DNA of 64,000 nt from Candidatus Omnitrophota bacterium (GCA_016177405.1 JACOVG010000013.1:1858-65857), one strand, 5' to 3'; positions 19,892 to 30,675 are shown, numbered from the stretch's first letter. Notes: generated from the sequence alone by a model not told the origin. Numbers and translations are program-made.

Positions 19892-20293
19892 ATGAGCCTG
19901 AACGATCCGTTGTCCGATCTGCTGGTTTCGGTGCAGAACGCGAGCTTGGCCGGCAAGCCCCACGTGGAGGTGCCGGCTTCGCGGCTGGGCCTTGCCGTGG
20001 TGGAGGTTCTCAAGTCCAACGGCTTTATTCAGAATTGGCGGAAGATCACGGAGGGCAGCCCCCAGGGCAGGATCCGCGTGTATCTGAAATACACGAAGGA
20101 CCGGAAGCCGATCCTCCGGAAGGTCCGGCGGGTTTCGAGACCGGGCTTAAGAATCTATGTGCCCAAGAACAAGGTTCCGAGGGTTTTTTCAGGGATCGGC
20201 ATCGCCATTGTCTCCACCCCCCAGGGGGTCTTTTCCGGCCAGGAGGCCAAGGCCCGAGGGGTGGGTGGAGAGCTGCTGTGCAAGGTTTGGTGA
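19892..20293 (+). CDS. rpsH: 30S ribosomal protein S8
   Basis: 133 aa. Confidence 0.95.
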   Translation: MSLNDPLSDLLVSVQNASLAGKPHVEVPASRLGLAVVEVLKSNGFIQNWRKITEGSPQGRIRVYLKYTKDRKPILRKVRRVSRPGLRIYVPKNKVPRVFSGIGIAIVSTPQGVFSGQEAKARGVGGELLCKVW

Positions 20294-20297
20294 TCCC

Positions 20298-20834
20298 ATG
20301 TCGCGGGTAGGCAAGAAGCCGATCACGATTCCCTCCCAAGTGAAGGTGACACTGGCGCCGGGCCTGGTGAGCGCCGAGGGGCCCAAGGGGAAGCTCTCCC
20401 ATCGGCTGTGCGCCGGGGTCCAGGTCCAGCAGGAGGGGGCCGTGCTGAAGGTGGAGGCCCAGGCGGAGGACCGGTTCACCCGGGCCCAGCACGGTTTGAC
20501 CAGAACCCTGATCCACAACATGGTCGAGGGGGTCCATCAAGGTTTTTCCAAAGAGCTGGAGATTCAAGGGGTGGGTTTCAAGGCGCAGGCCTCGGCCGGA
20601 AAGCTGGAGCTTTCCTTGGGGTTCACCCATCCGGTGATTTTCCCCATTCCGGCGAGCATCACCATCGAGACGCCCAAGCCGACGGTGGTGGTGATCAAGG
20701 GCCCGGACAAGGCCCTGGTGGGCCAGGTGGCCGCGCGGATCAGGGATTTCTTCCCCCCGGAGCCTTACAAGGGCAAGGGGATCCGGTACGCGGGTGAAGT
20801 GGTTCGGCGCAAGGCCGGCAAGGCGGTGGCTTAG
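20298..20834 (+). CDS. rplF: 50S ribosomal protein L6
   Basis: Start at MSRVGKKPITIP (ATG 20298). Confidence 0.9.
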   Translation: MSRVGKKPITIPSQVKVTLAPGLVSAEGPKGKLSHRLCAGVQVQQEGAVLKVEAQAEDRFTRAQHGLTRTLIHNMVEGVHQGFSKELEIQGVGFKAQASAGKLELSLGFTHPVIFPIPASITIETPKPTVVVIKGPDKALVGQVAARIRDFFPPEPYKGKGIRYAGEVVRRKAGKAVA

Positions 20835-20837
20835 CCC

Positions 20838-21215
20838 ATGAAGCGGTCACGGGTCAAGTCGGTCAAAGAAGAGGGGCGCTTGCGGCGGCACCGCCGATTG
20901 CGCAAGAAGGTGGTGGGAACCCCGGAGCGCCCGAGGCTTGTCGTCCACCGCAGTCATCTGCATCTGGAGGCCCAGGTGGTGGACGATTTGAACCAAAAAA
21001 CCTTGCTCGGCTGTTCCACCCGAGGCAAGGAGTTCCTGAAGAAGTCCAAGAGCGGCAGCACGACCGCCGCCGCAAAGCTTCTGGGGGAACAGGTGGGCCA
21101 GGCGGCCCAGAAGGCCGGAATTCAACAGGTGGTCTTTGACAAGGGCGGGCTTCTTTTTCATGGCCGGGTGAAGGCCTTGGCGGAAGCGGCCCGCGCACAA
21201 GGGTTGGTATTCTAA
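20838..21215 (+). CDS. rplR: 50S ribosomal protein L18
   Basis: 125 aa. Confidence 0.9.
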   Translation: MKRSRVKSVKEEGRLRRHRRLRKKVVGTPERPRLVVHRSHLHLEAQVVDDLNQKTLLGCSTRGKEFLKKSKSGSTTAAAKLLGEQVGQAAQKAGIQQVVFDKGGLLFHGRVKALAEAARAQGLVF

Positions 21216-21224
21216 GGGGCTCTG

Positions 21225-21746
21225 ATGGCTGAAAAGAGATGGGGTTCCCAGGACTCGGCTTCCAATCTGATTGAGAAGGTGATCGCCATCAACCGGGTGG
21301 CCAAGGTGACCAAGGGAGGCAAGCGCCTCTCCTTCAGCGCGCTGGTCGTTGTGGGCGACGGCGCCGGTCAAGTGGGCTGGGCCTTGGGCAAGGCCAACGA
21401 GGTGGCCGATGCCATTCGCAAGGGGCTGACCATGGCGCGCAAGCTGATGTTTCGGGTTCGGCTTCAAGGGACCACCCTCCCCCACGAGACGATCGGCGAA
21501 TACTCGGCCAGCCGCATTCTTCTTAAGCCGGCGGCCCCGGGCACCGGGGTCATCGCGGGAGGAACCGTCCGATCCGTTTGCGATGCGGCCGGAATCCGGG
21601 ACATCCTGACCAAGTCGCTGGGCTCGGACAACGTGATCAACGTGGTTCGGGCGACCGTGGAGGGGTTGAGGTCCCTGGAGAGCCCCAAGGAAATGGAAGC
21701 CCTTCGCCAAGATTCCGGCGGCGAGACCGCGGGAGGGGCGGAGTGA
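21225..21746 (+). CDS. rpsE: 30S ribosomal protein S5
   Basis: 173 aa. Confidence 0.95.
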   Translation: MAEKRWGSQDSASNLIEKVIAINRVAKVTKGGKRLSFSALVVVGDGAGQVGWALGKANEVADAIRKGLTMARKLMFRVRLQGTTLPHETIGEYSASRILLKPAAPGTGVIAGGTVRSVCDAAGIRDILTKSLGSDNVINVVRATVEGLRSLESPKEMEALRQDSGGETAGGAE

Positions 21747-22219
21747 AACTCGGAGAACTTTCACCGCCCAAGGGAGCGGTTCGGCGCCCCAAGCGCCTCG
21801 GCTTTGGAGAATCCTCGGGCCACGGCAAGACCTCCGGCAAGGGGCACAAGGGGCAGAAGGCCCGGTCGGGTCCCGGATTGCGGCCGGAGTTCGAGGGGGG
21901 TCAGATGCCCCTCGTTCGGAGGGTTCCCAAGCGCGGCTTCAAGCCGTTTCGCAAGCACGAGGTGAAAAGGGCGATTCTGAACGTGGGCCAGCTCGACCGC
22001 TTTTCCGAAGGGACCCGGGTGGATCTTGAGCTTCTGGCGAAGGAGGGATTGATTCCTTCGACGAGGGTCCGCGTGAAGGTCCTGGGCGAGGGGGAGCTGG
22101 CCAAGCCCCTGACGGTCTGCGCCCATGCCTTTTCCGGCTCGGCCCGTGAGAAGATTGAGCGCGCCGGCGGCAAGGCCGAGGCGGCGGTCGACGCTCCCAA
22201 GAAGCAGGGCACCGCTTAA
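21743..22219 (+). CDS. rplO: 50S ribosomal protein L15 (no rpmD/L30 between S5 and L15)
   Basis: GTG 21743 overlaps the rpsE stop (GTGA); [19 protein letters not shown]... Confidence 0.85.
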   Translation: MKLGELSPPKGAVRRPKRLGFGESSGHGKTSGKGHKGQKARSGPGLRPEFEGGQMPLVRRVPKRGFKPFRKHEVKRAILNVGQLDRFSEGTRVDLELLAKEGLIPSTRVRVKVLGEGELAKPLTVCAHAFSGSAREKIERAGGKAEAAVDAPKKQGTA

Positions 22220-22222
22220 GGG

Positions 22223-23572
22223 ATGCTGAAGGCCCTCGCCAACAGCTTTAAGATTCCGGAGCTTCGGGCCCGGATCGTGGTGACGCTGGCCCTCATCGCC
22301 GTTTACCGGACGGGGGATTTCATCCCTCTGCCCGGGATTGACGGGCAGGCGTTAAGGGAGTTCTTTGACAGGATCAGCCAGCAGATGGGAGGGACCCTCT
22401 TCACCGTGATGGACCTCTTCAGCGGTGGAGGCCTCTCCCAGATGACGATCTTCGCCTTGGGAATCATGCCGGCGATCTCGGCTTCCATCATCATGCAGCT
22501 TCTGATCGTGGTGATTCCGGGGCTCGAGCAGCTGGCCAAGGAGGGAGGAGAGGCCGGCCGGCGGAAGATCAACCAGTACTCCCGGTACCTGACGGTGGTT
22601 CTGGGAATCCTGCAGGCCCTCTTCATCTCCCTGTGGCTGGAGAATCCGGCCAGCTTCGACGGGGTGCAGATGGTGCAGGCTCCGGGGTGGGGCTTCCGGA
22701 TGCTCACCATCATCACGCTGGCCAGCGGCACGGCCTTCATCATGTGGCTGGGCGAGCAGATCACCGCCATGGGAGTCGGCAACGGGATGTCGATTCTCAT
22801 CACGGCGGGAATCCTCTCGCGGCTGCCCACGGCGGTTCACCAGATGTTCATCCTGGCCAGCCCCGGCTCGCCGGCGGCGCGGCAGATTCAACCGGCGACG
22901 CTGGTTCTCATGGCGGTGATGCTGGTGGGGGTGGTCCTGGCGGTCATCGCCATCACCCAGGGCCAGCGGCGCATCCCGGTGCAGTACGCCCGCCGGGTGG
23001 TGGGCCGGAAGGTGTACGGGGGTCAGGCCACCTACATCCCGATTCGGGTCAACCACGCCGGGGTGATGCCGATCATCTTCGCCCAGTCGATCATTCTGTT
23101 CCCGGCGACGGTGGCCGGCTTCACCGGGATCGCGGCGGTTCGCCAGGCGGCCGATTGGCTTTCCCGGGGGCATTGGCTTTACACCCTGATGTACTCGGGG
23201 CTCATTGTCTTCTTCGCTTATTTTTACACGGCGATCGCCTTTAATCCGGTGGATGTGGCCGACAACATGAAGAAGTTCGGCGGGTTCATTCCGGGGATCA
23301 GACCGGGCCGCCCGACGGCGGAGTTCTTTGACCGCCTGCTCACCCGGATCACCCTGCCGGGCGCGATGTTCCTGGCGCTGATCGCGGTCTTCCCGGACGC
23401 GGTCGGAAGGTGGCTGAAGATTCCGTATCTGGTGGCGAGCTTTTTCGGGGGGACGAGCCTGCTGATCATCGTGGGGGTCATGCTGGATACCCTGCGTCAG
23501 GTGGAGTCGTTCCTTCTCATGCGCAACTACGAGGGGTTCCTCACGCATGGCAAACTGCGTTCCCGCCGGTAA
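22223..23572 (+). CDS. secY: Preprotein translocase SecY
   Basis: 449 aa, 10 TM. Confidence 0.95.
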   Translation: MLKALANSFKIPELRARIVVTLALIAVYRTGDFIPLPGIDGQALREFFDRISQQMGGTLFTVMDLFSGGGLSQMTIFALGIMPAISASIIMQLLIVVIPGLEQLAKEGGEAGRRKINQYSRYLTVVLGILQALFISLWLENPASFDGVQMVQAPGWGFRMLTIITLASGTAFIMWLGEQITAMGVGNGMSILITAGILSRLPTAVHQMFILASPGSPAARQIQPATLVLMAVMLVGVVLAVIAITQGQRRIPVQYARRVVGRKVYGGQATYIPIRVNHAGVMPIIFAQSIILFPATVAGFTGIAAVRQAADWLSRGHWLYTLMYSGLIVFFAYFYTAIAFNPVDVADNMKKFGGFIPGIRPGRPTAEFFDRLLTRITLPGAMFLALIAVFPDAVGRWLKIPYLVASFFGGTSLLIIVGVMLDTLRQVESFLLMRNYEGFLTHGKLRSRR

Positions 23573-23577
23573 GGGCC

Positions 23578-24246
23578 GTGCGGCTCGTTTTCCTAGGTCC
23601 GCCGGGGGCAGGCAAGGGAACGGTGGCCGGGCTGTTGTCGGCGAGGCAAGGGGTGATTCACATCGGAAGCGGTGATCTCTTGAGAGAGGCGGCTGCCCAG
23701 GGCGAACCGCTGGGCCGGAAGGCCCGGGGCTACATGGAAAAGGGAGCCCTGGTGCCCGATGAGCTGGTCACGGGGATGGTGCTGGGGTTTCTGGAGAAGC
23801 TGGAGGGGTCCCAGGGCTTCGTGCTGGATGGCTTTCCCCGGACGGCCCGTCAGGCCGAGGATCTGGACGAGGCGCTCGCGCGGTGGAACCATCGGCCCGT
23901 CCATTTGGCGGTGAACTTCACCGTCAGCCGCGAGAAGATCGTGGAGCGGCTTTCGGGCCGCCGGGTTTGCAGCCAGTGCGGAACGCCTTTTCATACGGCG
24001 ACCCTGCGTCCGAAGAAGGAAGGCGTGTGCGACCGCTGCGGCGGGGCCCTCGCGATCCGGCCGGACGATGAGAGTCAAACGGTCTTGAAGCGGTTGGATG
24101 TTTACGAGGAGACGGCGCGGCCCCTGCTGGATTTTTATGAGCGGCAGGGGAAACTGCGCTCTTTTCCCGTCGGGCGCGGACTGGAGGAGGAGTACGGCTC
24201 GCTGGTTGAGCTCCTTACGGCCGAGCGCCTTTTAAACCAAGGATGA
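23578..24246 (+). CDS. adk: Adenylate kinase with Cys4 zinc lid
   Basis: GTG start, GPPGAGKGT P-loop, CSQCG...CDRCG. Confidence 0.85.
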   Translation: MRLVFLGPPGAGKGTVAGLLSARQGVIHIGSGDLLREAAAQGEPLGRKARGYMEKGALVPDELVTGMVLGFLEKLEGSQGFVLDGFPRTARQAEDLDEALARWNHRPVHLAVNFTVSREKIVERLSGRRVCSQCGTPFHTATLRPKKEGVCDRCGGALAIRPDDESQTVLKRLDVYEETARPLLDFYERQGKLRSFPVGRGLEEEYGSLVELLTAERLLNQG

Positions 24247-25010
24247 TTGAGTTGAAGAGCCCCAGTCAAATTGTAACGATGCGCCGGGCGGGCCGAATCT
24301 TGGCCGAGGTGCTGGAGGCTTTGGTGCCGGCGGTCCGGCCCGGGGTCACGACGCAGGCGCTGGACGATTTGGCCCGCGAGGCGATGGTCCGCCGGGGAGG
24401 CCGGCCGGCCTTCCAAGGCTACCGGGGCTATCCCTCCAGCATCTGCACCTCGGTGAACGATGAGGTGGTGCACGGGATCCCCTCCCGTCGAAAGCTTTCG
24501 GAGGGGGACATCATCGGGATCGACGCGGGCGTTGTGCTGGAGGGTTATTACGCCGACAGCGCGGTGACCGTCGCCGTGGGGGACGTTCGTCCGCAGGTGC
24601 GGGAGCTGCTTCGAACAACGGAGGAGGCGCTTGCCGAGGGGATCGCACAGGCCCAGCCCGGAAAGCACTTGTCCGACATCTCCCACGCCATTCAGAAGAA
24701 GGCGGAGTCGCGCGGCTTTTCGGTGGTCAGGGATTTTGTCGGGCACGGCATTGGTTCGCAGCTGCACGAGGCGCCGCAGATCCCGAATTACGGAGCGCCC
24801 GGGAAGGGGCCCCTCTTGAAGGCCGGGATGTGCCTGGCCATCGAGCCGATGGTCAACGCGGGGCGCTGGCCCGTGAAGGTTCTGGAGGACGGCTGGACGG
24901 CGGTCACGCAGGATGGGAGCTGGTCGGCCCACTTTGAGCACACGGTGGCCGTCACCGAGTCGGGCCCGGAGATTCTGACGGAATGGCCAAAGAAGAATCC
25001 ATCCAAGTAG
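24243..25010 (+). CDS. map: Methionine aminopeptidase type I
   Basis: 255 aa. Confidence 0.95.
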   Translation: MIELKSPSQIVTMRRAGRILAEVLEALVPAVRPGVTTQALDDLAREAMVRRGGRPAFQGYRGYPSSICTSVNDEVVHGIPSRRKLSEGDIIGIDAGVVLEGYYADSAVTVAVGDVRPQVRELLRTTEEALAEGIAQAQPGKHLSDISHAIQKKAESRGFSVVRDFVGHGIGSQLHEAPQIPNYGAPGKGPLLKAGMCLAIEPMVNAGRWPVKVLEDGWTAVTQDGSWSAHFEHTVAVTESGPEILTEWPKKNPSK

Positions 25011-25204
25011 AGGGAAAGGTGGCGGAGGCTCTGCCCAACGCCATGTTCCGGGTGGAGCTGGAGAATGGCCACAAGGTGCTGGCGCATGTGGCGGGCAAGA
25101 TGCGGATGCACTTCATCCGCATCCTTCCGGGAGATAAGGTGACGGTGGAGCTTTCTCCTTACGATTTGACGCGGGGAAGGATCACCTTCCGCGCGAAGGT
25201 TTGA
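24983..25204 (+). CDS. infA: Translation initiation factor IF-1
   Basis: 73 aa, S1-like. Confidence 0.95.
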   Translation: MAKEESIQVEGKVAEALPNAMFRVELENGHKVLAHVAGKMRMHFIRILPGDKVTVELSPYDLTRGRITFRAKV

Positions 25205-25226
25205 ATGAAAGGAGAGGTTGCTTAAG

Positions 25227-25340
25227 GTGAAGGTGAGAGCGTCGGTCAAGAGAATCTGCGAGCGTTGCCGCGTGGTGAAGAGAAAACGGGTGGTCCGGGT
25301 CATCTGCACCAATCCCCGGCACAAACAGAGGCAGGGTTAA
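25227..25340 (+). CDS. rpmJ: 50S ribosomal protein L36 (zinc ribbon, 37 aa)
   Basis: Not in the ORF track (<60 aa); GTG start; translated by hand as [37 protein letters not shown]. Confidence 0.85.
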   Translation: MKVRASVKRICERCRVVKRKRVVRVICTNPRHKQRQG

Positions 25341-25343
25341 ACG

Positions 25344-25751
25344 ATGCCGCGTGTCATGGGCGTGGACATTCCCAAGGAGAAGAGAATCGACGTGGCGCTG
25401 GCCTATCTTTACGGGGTGGGGCGCAACCTCTCCGGCCGGATCCTCACGGAGGCGCGGGTCGATCCCGCCATTCGGGCCAAGGACTTGACCGAGGATCAGC
25501 TCACCCGGATCAATTCGGTGATCAGCCAGGGCTTCAAGGTGGAAGGCGACTTGAAAAGAGAGATTTCGTCGAACGTCAAGCGCCTGATTGACATCGGCTC
25601 TTACCGGGGAACCAGGCACCGGCGGGGTCTGCCCGTTCGCGGACAGCGCACCCACACCAATTCCCGGACCCGGAAGGGACCGCGCCGGATCGTCGGCGTC
25701 AGAAAGAAACCGGCTTCCGCCCCTGCCGGGGGCGCGGCCAAAACGGCATAA
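25344..25751 (+). CDS. rpsM: 30S ribosomal protein S13
   Basis: 135 aa. Confidence 0.95.
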   Translation: MPRVMGVDIPKEKRIDVALAYLYGVGRNLSGRILTEARVDPAIRAKDLTEDQLTRINSVISQGFKVEGDLKREISSNVKRLIDIGSYRGTRHRRGLPVRGQRTHTNSRTRKGPRRIVGVRKKPASAPAGGAAKTA

Positions 25752-25766
25752 GGAATCGTTCATCTC

Positions 25767-26150
25767 ATGGCTAATGAAACCCCAAAGAAGAAACTGAAGG
25801 TAGCGGTCACCGCCGGTGTCGCCCACATCCAGGCGACCTTCAACAACACGGTGATCAGCATCACCGACAAACAGGGCAACGTCCTGTGCTGGTCCTCGAC
25901 GGGTGTCGTGGGCTTCAGCGGTTCCAAGAAGGCCACTCCCTTCGCCGCCCAGGTGGCCGCGGAGGATGCCGCCAAAAAGGCCCTGGGATTGGGGGTCAAG
26001 GAGGTGGAGGTGCACGTCAAGGGGCCTGGTTCAGGGCGGGAGTCCGCCATTCGGGCCCTTCAAGCGGCGGGATTGACCATCACCCTGATACGGGACGTGA
26101 CCCCGGTGCCCCACAATGGGTGCCGGCCGCCCAAGCGCAGGAGGGTCTAG
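25767..26150 (+). CDS. rpsK: 30S ribosomal protein S11
   Basis: 127 aa. Confidence 0.95.
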   Translation: MANETPKKKLKVAVTAGVAHIQATFNNTVISITDKQGNVLCWSSTGVVGFSGSKKATPFAAQVAAEDAAKKALGLGVKEVEVHVKGPGSGRESAIRALQAAGLTITLIRDVTPVPHNGCRPPKRRRV

Positions 26151-26156
26151 AAGCCC

Positions 26157-26783
26157 ATGGCCCGCTATTCAGGTCCGGCCTGCCGCATCTGCCGCCGCCA
26201 GGGAATGAAGCTCTTCTTGAAGGGGACCAAGTGCGTCACCGACAAATGCCCCTTCAACCGCCGCGCGTTCGCGCCCGGACAGCATGGTTCCGCCCGGATC
26301 AAGCTCTCCGACTACGGGATTCAGCTGCGGGAGAAGCAAAAGGTCAAAAAGATGTACGGCCTGCTGGAGCGTCCCTTCCGGCACGTCTTTTCGACGGCCT
26401 CCCGCTCCACCGGCGTCACCGGAGAGAAGCTTCTTGAGCTTTTGGAGCGCCGGTTGGACAACGTGATCTACCGGCTCGGTTTCGCCTCCTCCAGGCCGCA
26501 GGCGCGCCAGATCGTCCGGCACGGCCATGTGCAGGTGGCCGGCCGGCGGGTGAACATCCCCTCCTTTGTGGTCAAGGCCGGTTTAAGCCTCAAGCTCACC
26601 GGCTCGGAGACCTTCCTGAAAAGAATCAAGGAGGTGAGAGAGCTGACCAAGGACCGGCCCCTGCCGCCCTGGCTTACCCGGGATCCCAACGAGCCTATGG
26701 CCACGGTGGCGGGAACGCCTTCCCGGGCGGATGTTCAGTTCCCGATTCAAGAGCAGCTGATCGTCGAGCTTTATTCAAAGTGA
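26157..26783 (+). CDS. rpsD: 30S ribosomal protein S4 (Cys4 form)
   Basis: 208 aa; CRICRRQ...CVTDKC. Confidence 0.95.
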   Translation: MARYSGPACRICRRQGMKLFLKGTKCVTDKCPFNRRAFAPGQHGSARIKLSDYGIQLREKQKVKKMYGLLERPFRHVFSTASRSTGVTGEKLLELLERRLDNVIYRLGFASSRPQARQIVRHGHVQVAGRRVNIPSFVVKAGLSLKLTGSETFLKRIKEVRELTKDRPLPPWLTRDPNEPMATVAGTPSRADVQFPIQEQLIVELYSK

Positions 26784-26812
26784 AATAACCGTAATCCTCA
26801 AGGAGGTAGCGA

Positions 26813-27811
26813 ATGGGAATTGCCTGGCGTGATTTTCAGATGCCCTCGAAGGTCGAGGTGGATGATCAGACGTACACCCCCACGTACGGGAAATTTGTGA
26901 TCGAGCCCTACGAGCGGGGCTACGGCATGACGGTGGGGAATTCCCTGCGCCGGGTGCTGCTTTCTTCGATCGAGGGGGCGGCCGTCACCTCCATCAAATT
27001 CGGGGGGGTCCTGCACGAGTTTTCGGCGATCCCCGGCGTGGAGGAGGATGTTTCGCAGATTGTCATGAACATCAAGAAGCTGATCCTCCGAACCCGGGCC
27101 CGAAGCCCCAAGACCCTGACCTTGAAGGCCGAGCACAAGGGTTCGGTCAAGGCCGGAGCGATCGAGGCCGATGAGACGGTGGAGATCTTGAATCCCGAGC
27201 TGCCCATCGCCACCCTCACCAAGCCCGCGAAGCTGCATCTGGAGATGGAGCTGGGGATCGGCCGGGGCTACGTGCCCGCCGAAAGGAACAAGAAGGAGGC
27301 GCAGGCCGTCGGGGTGATCCCCATCGACTCGATCTTCTCTCCGGTGCGCAGGGTGAATTTCCATGTGGAGAGCACCCGGGTGGGTCAGATGACCGATTAC
27401 GACCGGCTGATCCTGGAGATCTGGACGAACGGCTCCCTGAATCCCAAGGAGGCCCTCCTGACCGCGGCCCACATCCTTCAGCGCCACCTGGATGTCTTCT
27501 CGGCCTTTGGGGAGATCCCGGGTGAAGAGGGCGAGGTCGAGGAAGCGGCCCTGTCGCCCGACATCCTGGAGAAGCTGCGCCTTCCGGTGACCGAGCTGGA
27601 GCTTTCCGTCCGCTCGGCCAACTGCTTGAGGGAGGCGAAGATCAAAACGATGGCCGACCTCGTGCAAAGGAACGAACCCGAGATGCTGAAGTTCAGAAAC
27701 TTCGGCAAGAAGTCTCTGGCGGAGATTCAGGAGATCTTGAAGGGCATGGGGCTGACGCTGGGGATGAAGCTGGACAAGGGCATGCTGGATCAGATTTCCG
27801 TTTCTTCTTAA
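26813..27811 (+). CDS. rpoA: DNA-directed RNA polymerase subunit alpha
   Basis: 332 aa. Confidence 0.95.
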   Translation: MGIAWRDFQMPSKVEVDDQTYTPTYGKFVIEPYERGYGMTVGNSLRRVLLSSIEGAAVTSIKFGGVLHEFSAIPGVEEDVSQIVMNIKKLILRTRARSPKTLTLKAEHKGSVKAGAIEADETVEILNPELPIATLTKPAKLHLEMELGIGRGYVPAERNKKEAQAVGVIPIDSIFSPVRRVNFHVESTRVGQMTDYDRLILEIWTNGSLNPKEALLTAAHILQRHLDVFSAFGEIPGEEGEVEEAALSPDILEKLRLPVTELELSVRSANCLREAKIKTMADLVQRNEPEMLKFRNFGKKSLAEIQEILKGMGLTLGMKLDKGMLDQISVSS

Positions 27812-27837
27812 CCTTGAACCCCTAAGGGAGTTCTTTC

Positions 27838-28398
27838 ATGCCGCATTCGGTTTACACGAGAGATCTGGGGCGCTCCGTCAGCTGGCGCAAGGCCACGGTG
27901 CGGAGCTTGGCCCAAGCCCTGCTGACGCATGAGCGGATCACCACCACCTGGTCCCGCGCCAAGGCGGCGCAGCGGTTTGTTGAGCGCCTGATCAGCCTGG
28001 GCAAATCCGGCACCTTGGCCGACCGGAGGCGCGCCATCTCCCGCCTGGGCGATCCGTCGTTGGTCCGCCGGCTTTTTTCGGAAGTGGCGCCCCGTTTTAC
28101 CGCCAGATCCGGCGGCTATACGAGGATTCTCCGTTCCGGCATTCGCAACGGAGACGGGGCTTCCATGGCGGTGTTGGAGCTGGTGGTCGTTGCCCGCCCG
28201 GAGAAGAAGCTGGAGGCCCCCGCCAAGGTGAAGCCGCGCAAGGAAGAAGCGCCGGGGCCGGAGCCGGTCGAGCCCCCCAAGCCGAAACCCAAGCTGGAAA
28301 CCAAACCCAAGCCTGAAGCCAAGCCCAAGTCGGAGGGCAAACCCCGCGGATTTTTGGGCAACTTGCGAAAGTTCTTCAAGGGCCGAAGAGAGCCCTAA
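27838..28398 (+). CDS. rplQ: 50S ribosomal protein L17 with ~70-aa Lys/Pro-rich C-terminal tail
   Basis: 186 aa vs ~120 typical; KPKPKLETKPKPEAKPK repeats. Confidence 0.9.
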   Translation: MPHSVYTRDLGRSVSWRKATVRSLAQALLTHERITTTWSRAKAAQRFVERLISLGKSGTLADRRRAISRLGDPSLVRRLFSEVAPRFTARSGGYTRILRSGIRNGDGASMAVLELVVVARPEKKLEAPAKVKPRKEEAPGPEPVEPPKPKPKLETKPKPEAKPKSEGKPRGFLGNLRKFFKGRREP

Positions 28399-28418
28399 AA
28401 CCTCAAGGAGGTTCCCTT

Positions 28419-29576
28419 TTGCTGGCCCAGCGGATGGAGAAGGTCCAGCCCTCGGCGACCCTCAAGATCACCGCCCTGGCGAGACAGCTCAAGGCCCAGG
28501 GGGCCCCGGTGGTGAATTGGGCCGCGGGGGAACCGGATTTTGACACCCCGGAACCGATCAAGCAGGCGGCCCTCGCGGCGATCCGGGAAGGCTTCACGAA
28601 ATACACCCCCACCACAGGCATCCCGGAACTGAAAGAGGCCATCGCCCGCCGGCTGAAGGAGGATCGCGGGCTCATTTACGAGCCCGCCCAGATCGCCGTC
28701 ACCTGCGGGGCCAAGCACGCGCTGTACAACCTCCTGCAGGTTCTGGTCGATCCGGGCCAGGAGGTTCTCATCCCTTCTCCGTATTGGGTGAGCTATCCGG
28801 AGATGGTTCGTCTGGCCGGCGGCGTGCCCGTGGAGGTTAGAACCAGCCCACAAAACGGCTTCCAGATCCAAGCTCGGGAGCTTGAGCCCCTGATCACGGC
28901 CCAAACCGCGGGCCTCATCCTCAACAGCCCCTGTAACCCCACCGGAACGGTCTTAAGCCGCGCCACCTTGAGCGCCGTGGCCTGCCTGATGCGGGAGCGG
29001 GGGAAATGGATCATCTCCGATGAAATCTACAGCGCCTTGACGTTCGACGGCGCCTTCACCTCGGTCCCGAGCTTGGGTGCCGACGTCTACGCGAAGACCT
29101 TTCTGGTGGATGGGGTTTCCAAGGCGTACGCCATGACGGGATGGAGGATCGGCTTCATGGCCGGGTCGGCCGAGGTGGTGGAGGCGGCCGGCCGGCTTCA
29201 GGATCACTCCACCTCCAACCCCTCTTCCATCAGCCAGCGGGCGGCGCTGGCCGCGCTCACCCAGGATCAGGATTTTGTCCGGCAGATGGCGCGGGAATTC
29301 GCCGCCCGCCGTGATCGCTTGGTCGAGGGACTCAAGAAGATCCCCCGGCTTTCTTGGGTCAAGCCCTCGGGGGCCTTCTACTGTTTTGTGGATGTCTCTC
29401 AAACGGGGCTCGCCTCGAACGCCTTTTGCGAAAGGCTCCTCAAAGAGGTTCATGTGGCGGCCATACCCGGAGAGAGTTTTGGTTGGGATACCCATGTGCG
29501 GTTAAGCTTCGCGGCCTCCCAGGCTCAAATTGAGGAAGGGTTGGCGAGGCTGGATCGATTCGTTCGTTCCCTTTAG
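28419..29576 (+). CDS. Class I PLP-dependent aminotransferase (aspartate aminotransferase-like)
   Basis: 385 aa; TTG 28419 6 nt after AAGGAGG (alternative ATG 28434); AAT-like fold. Confidence 0.8.
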   Translation: MLAQRMEKVQPSATLKITALARQLKAQGAPVVNWAAGEPDFDTPEPIKQAALAAIREGFTKYTPTTGIPELKEAIARRLKEDRGLIYEPAQIAVTCGAKHALYNLLQVLVDPGQEVLIPSPYWVSYPEMVRLAGGVPVEVRTSPQNGFQIQARELEPLITAQTAGLILNSPCNPTGTVLSRATLSAVACLMRERGKWIISDEIYSALTFDGAFTSVPSLGADVYAKTFLVDGVSKAYAMTGWRIGFMAGSAEVVEAAGRLQDHSTSNPSSISQRAALAALTQDQDFVRQMAREFAARRDRLVEGLKKIPRLSWVKPSGAFYCFVDVSQTGLASNAFCERLLKEVHVAAIPGESFGWDTHVRLSFAASQAQIEEGLARLDRFVRSL

Positions 29577-29586
29577 GAGAGGAAGG

Positions 29587-30675
29587 ATGGCTCATCGAGC
29601 GACTTTGATTCCGGGAGACGGCATCGGCCCGGAGGTGGCGCAGGCGGCCAGGACCTGCCTGGAGGCCACCGGGGTGGCTTTTGAGTGGGAGATCCATGAG
29701 GCGGGCGAGGGGGCGATACCCAAATTCGGCACGCCCCTGCCGGAGCCCCTCTTGGCGTCGATCCGAAGGAACAAGGTGGCCCTGAAGGGCCCCATCACCA
29801 CCCCCATCGGGACCGGGATGCGCTCGGTCAATGTGGGGCTAAGGCACGCGCTGGATCTCTATGCCTGCGTGAGGCCCTGCCGCCTCTATCCTGGCGTGGT
29901 CACCTCTTACCGGCAGGCCGATCTGGTCATCGTCCGGGAAAACACGGAGGATCTTTACGCCGGCGTCGAGTACGACCGGGGCACCCCCGAGGTCCAGGAG
30001 CTGATCGCCTGGGTCAAGGCCCGCGGGGGCAAGACGATCCGGCCGGACTCGGCCATCTCCCTGAAGCCGATCTCCGAGACCGGAACCCGGCGGGTGGCCC
30101 GGTATGCCTTTGAGTACGCCCTGGCCAACGGCCGGCGGAAGGTCACGGTGGTGACCAAGGCGAACATCATGAAGTTCTCCGACGGCCTGTTCCTGAAGGT
30201 GGCGAGAGAGGTGGCCGCCGCGTACCAGGGCAGGGTGGAGTTCGAGGAGCGCCTGGTGGACAACCTGTGCATGCAGCTGGTGCAGAGGCCCCACCAGTTT
30301 GACATCCTGCTCACACCCAATTTGTACGGCGACATTGTTTCGGACCTGTGCGCCGGGATCGTGGGGGGATTGGGAGTGGCCCCGGGGGCGAACCTCGGAG
30401 ATGAGACCGCGGTCTTTGAGGCGACCCACGGCTCGGCGCCGAAATACGCCGGCCAGAACAAGGTCAACCCGGTGGCGACCATCCTGTCGGGGGTTCTGAT
30501 GTTGAGGCACCTGGGGGAGTCGAAGGCGGCCGACCGCCTGGAGCAGGCGGTGGCCGGGGTGATTCAGGAAGGCCGCCGGGTCACCTACGATTTGAAGAAG
30601 AAAGACGATCCCGTGCCGCCGGTCGGGACCCGGGAAATGACCCAGGCGATCGTGGAGAGAATAAAGACCCTCTGA
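29587..30675 (+). CDS. Isocitrate/isopropylmalate dehydrogenase family enzyme (likely NAD-IDH)
   Basis: GDGIGPEV, RSVNVGLRHALDLYACVRP; start at ATG 29587 after AGGAGAGGAAGG. Confidence 0.75.
   Translation: MAHRATLIPGDGIGPEVAQAARTCLEATGVAFEWEIHEAGEGAIPKFGTPLPEPLLASIRRNKVALKGPITTPIGTGMRSVNVGLRHALDLYACVRPCRLYPGVVTSYRQADLVIVRENTEDLYAGVEYDRGTPEVQELIAWVKARGGKTIRPDSAISLKPISETGTRRVARYAFEYALANGRRKVTVVTKANIMKFSDGLFLKVAREVAAAYQGRVEFEERLVDNLCMQLVQRPHQFDILLTPNLYGDIVSDLCAGIVGGLGVAPGANLGDETAVFEATHGSAPKYAGQNKVNPVATILSGVLMLRHLGESKAADRLEQAVAGVIQEGRRVTYDLKKKDDPVPPVGTREMTQAIVERIKTL

Noticed and set aside
22633-23244. Plus-strand alternative-frame ORFs inside real genes (e.g. 22633..23244 in secY, 12073..12480 in fusA, 49646..50020 in tonB, 58075..59211 in accC, 36154..36432)
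   Set aside because: Gly/Arg/His-rich composition, no homology, fully embedded in better-supported frames
28399-28440. Hairpin AACCTC-AAG-GAGGTT plus CCCTTTT after rplQ as an intrinsic terminator
   Set aside because: Short stem with a weak U-tract, and it contains the SD of the next gene. The two cannot be distinguished from sequence alone
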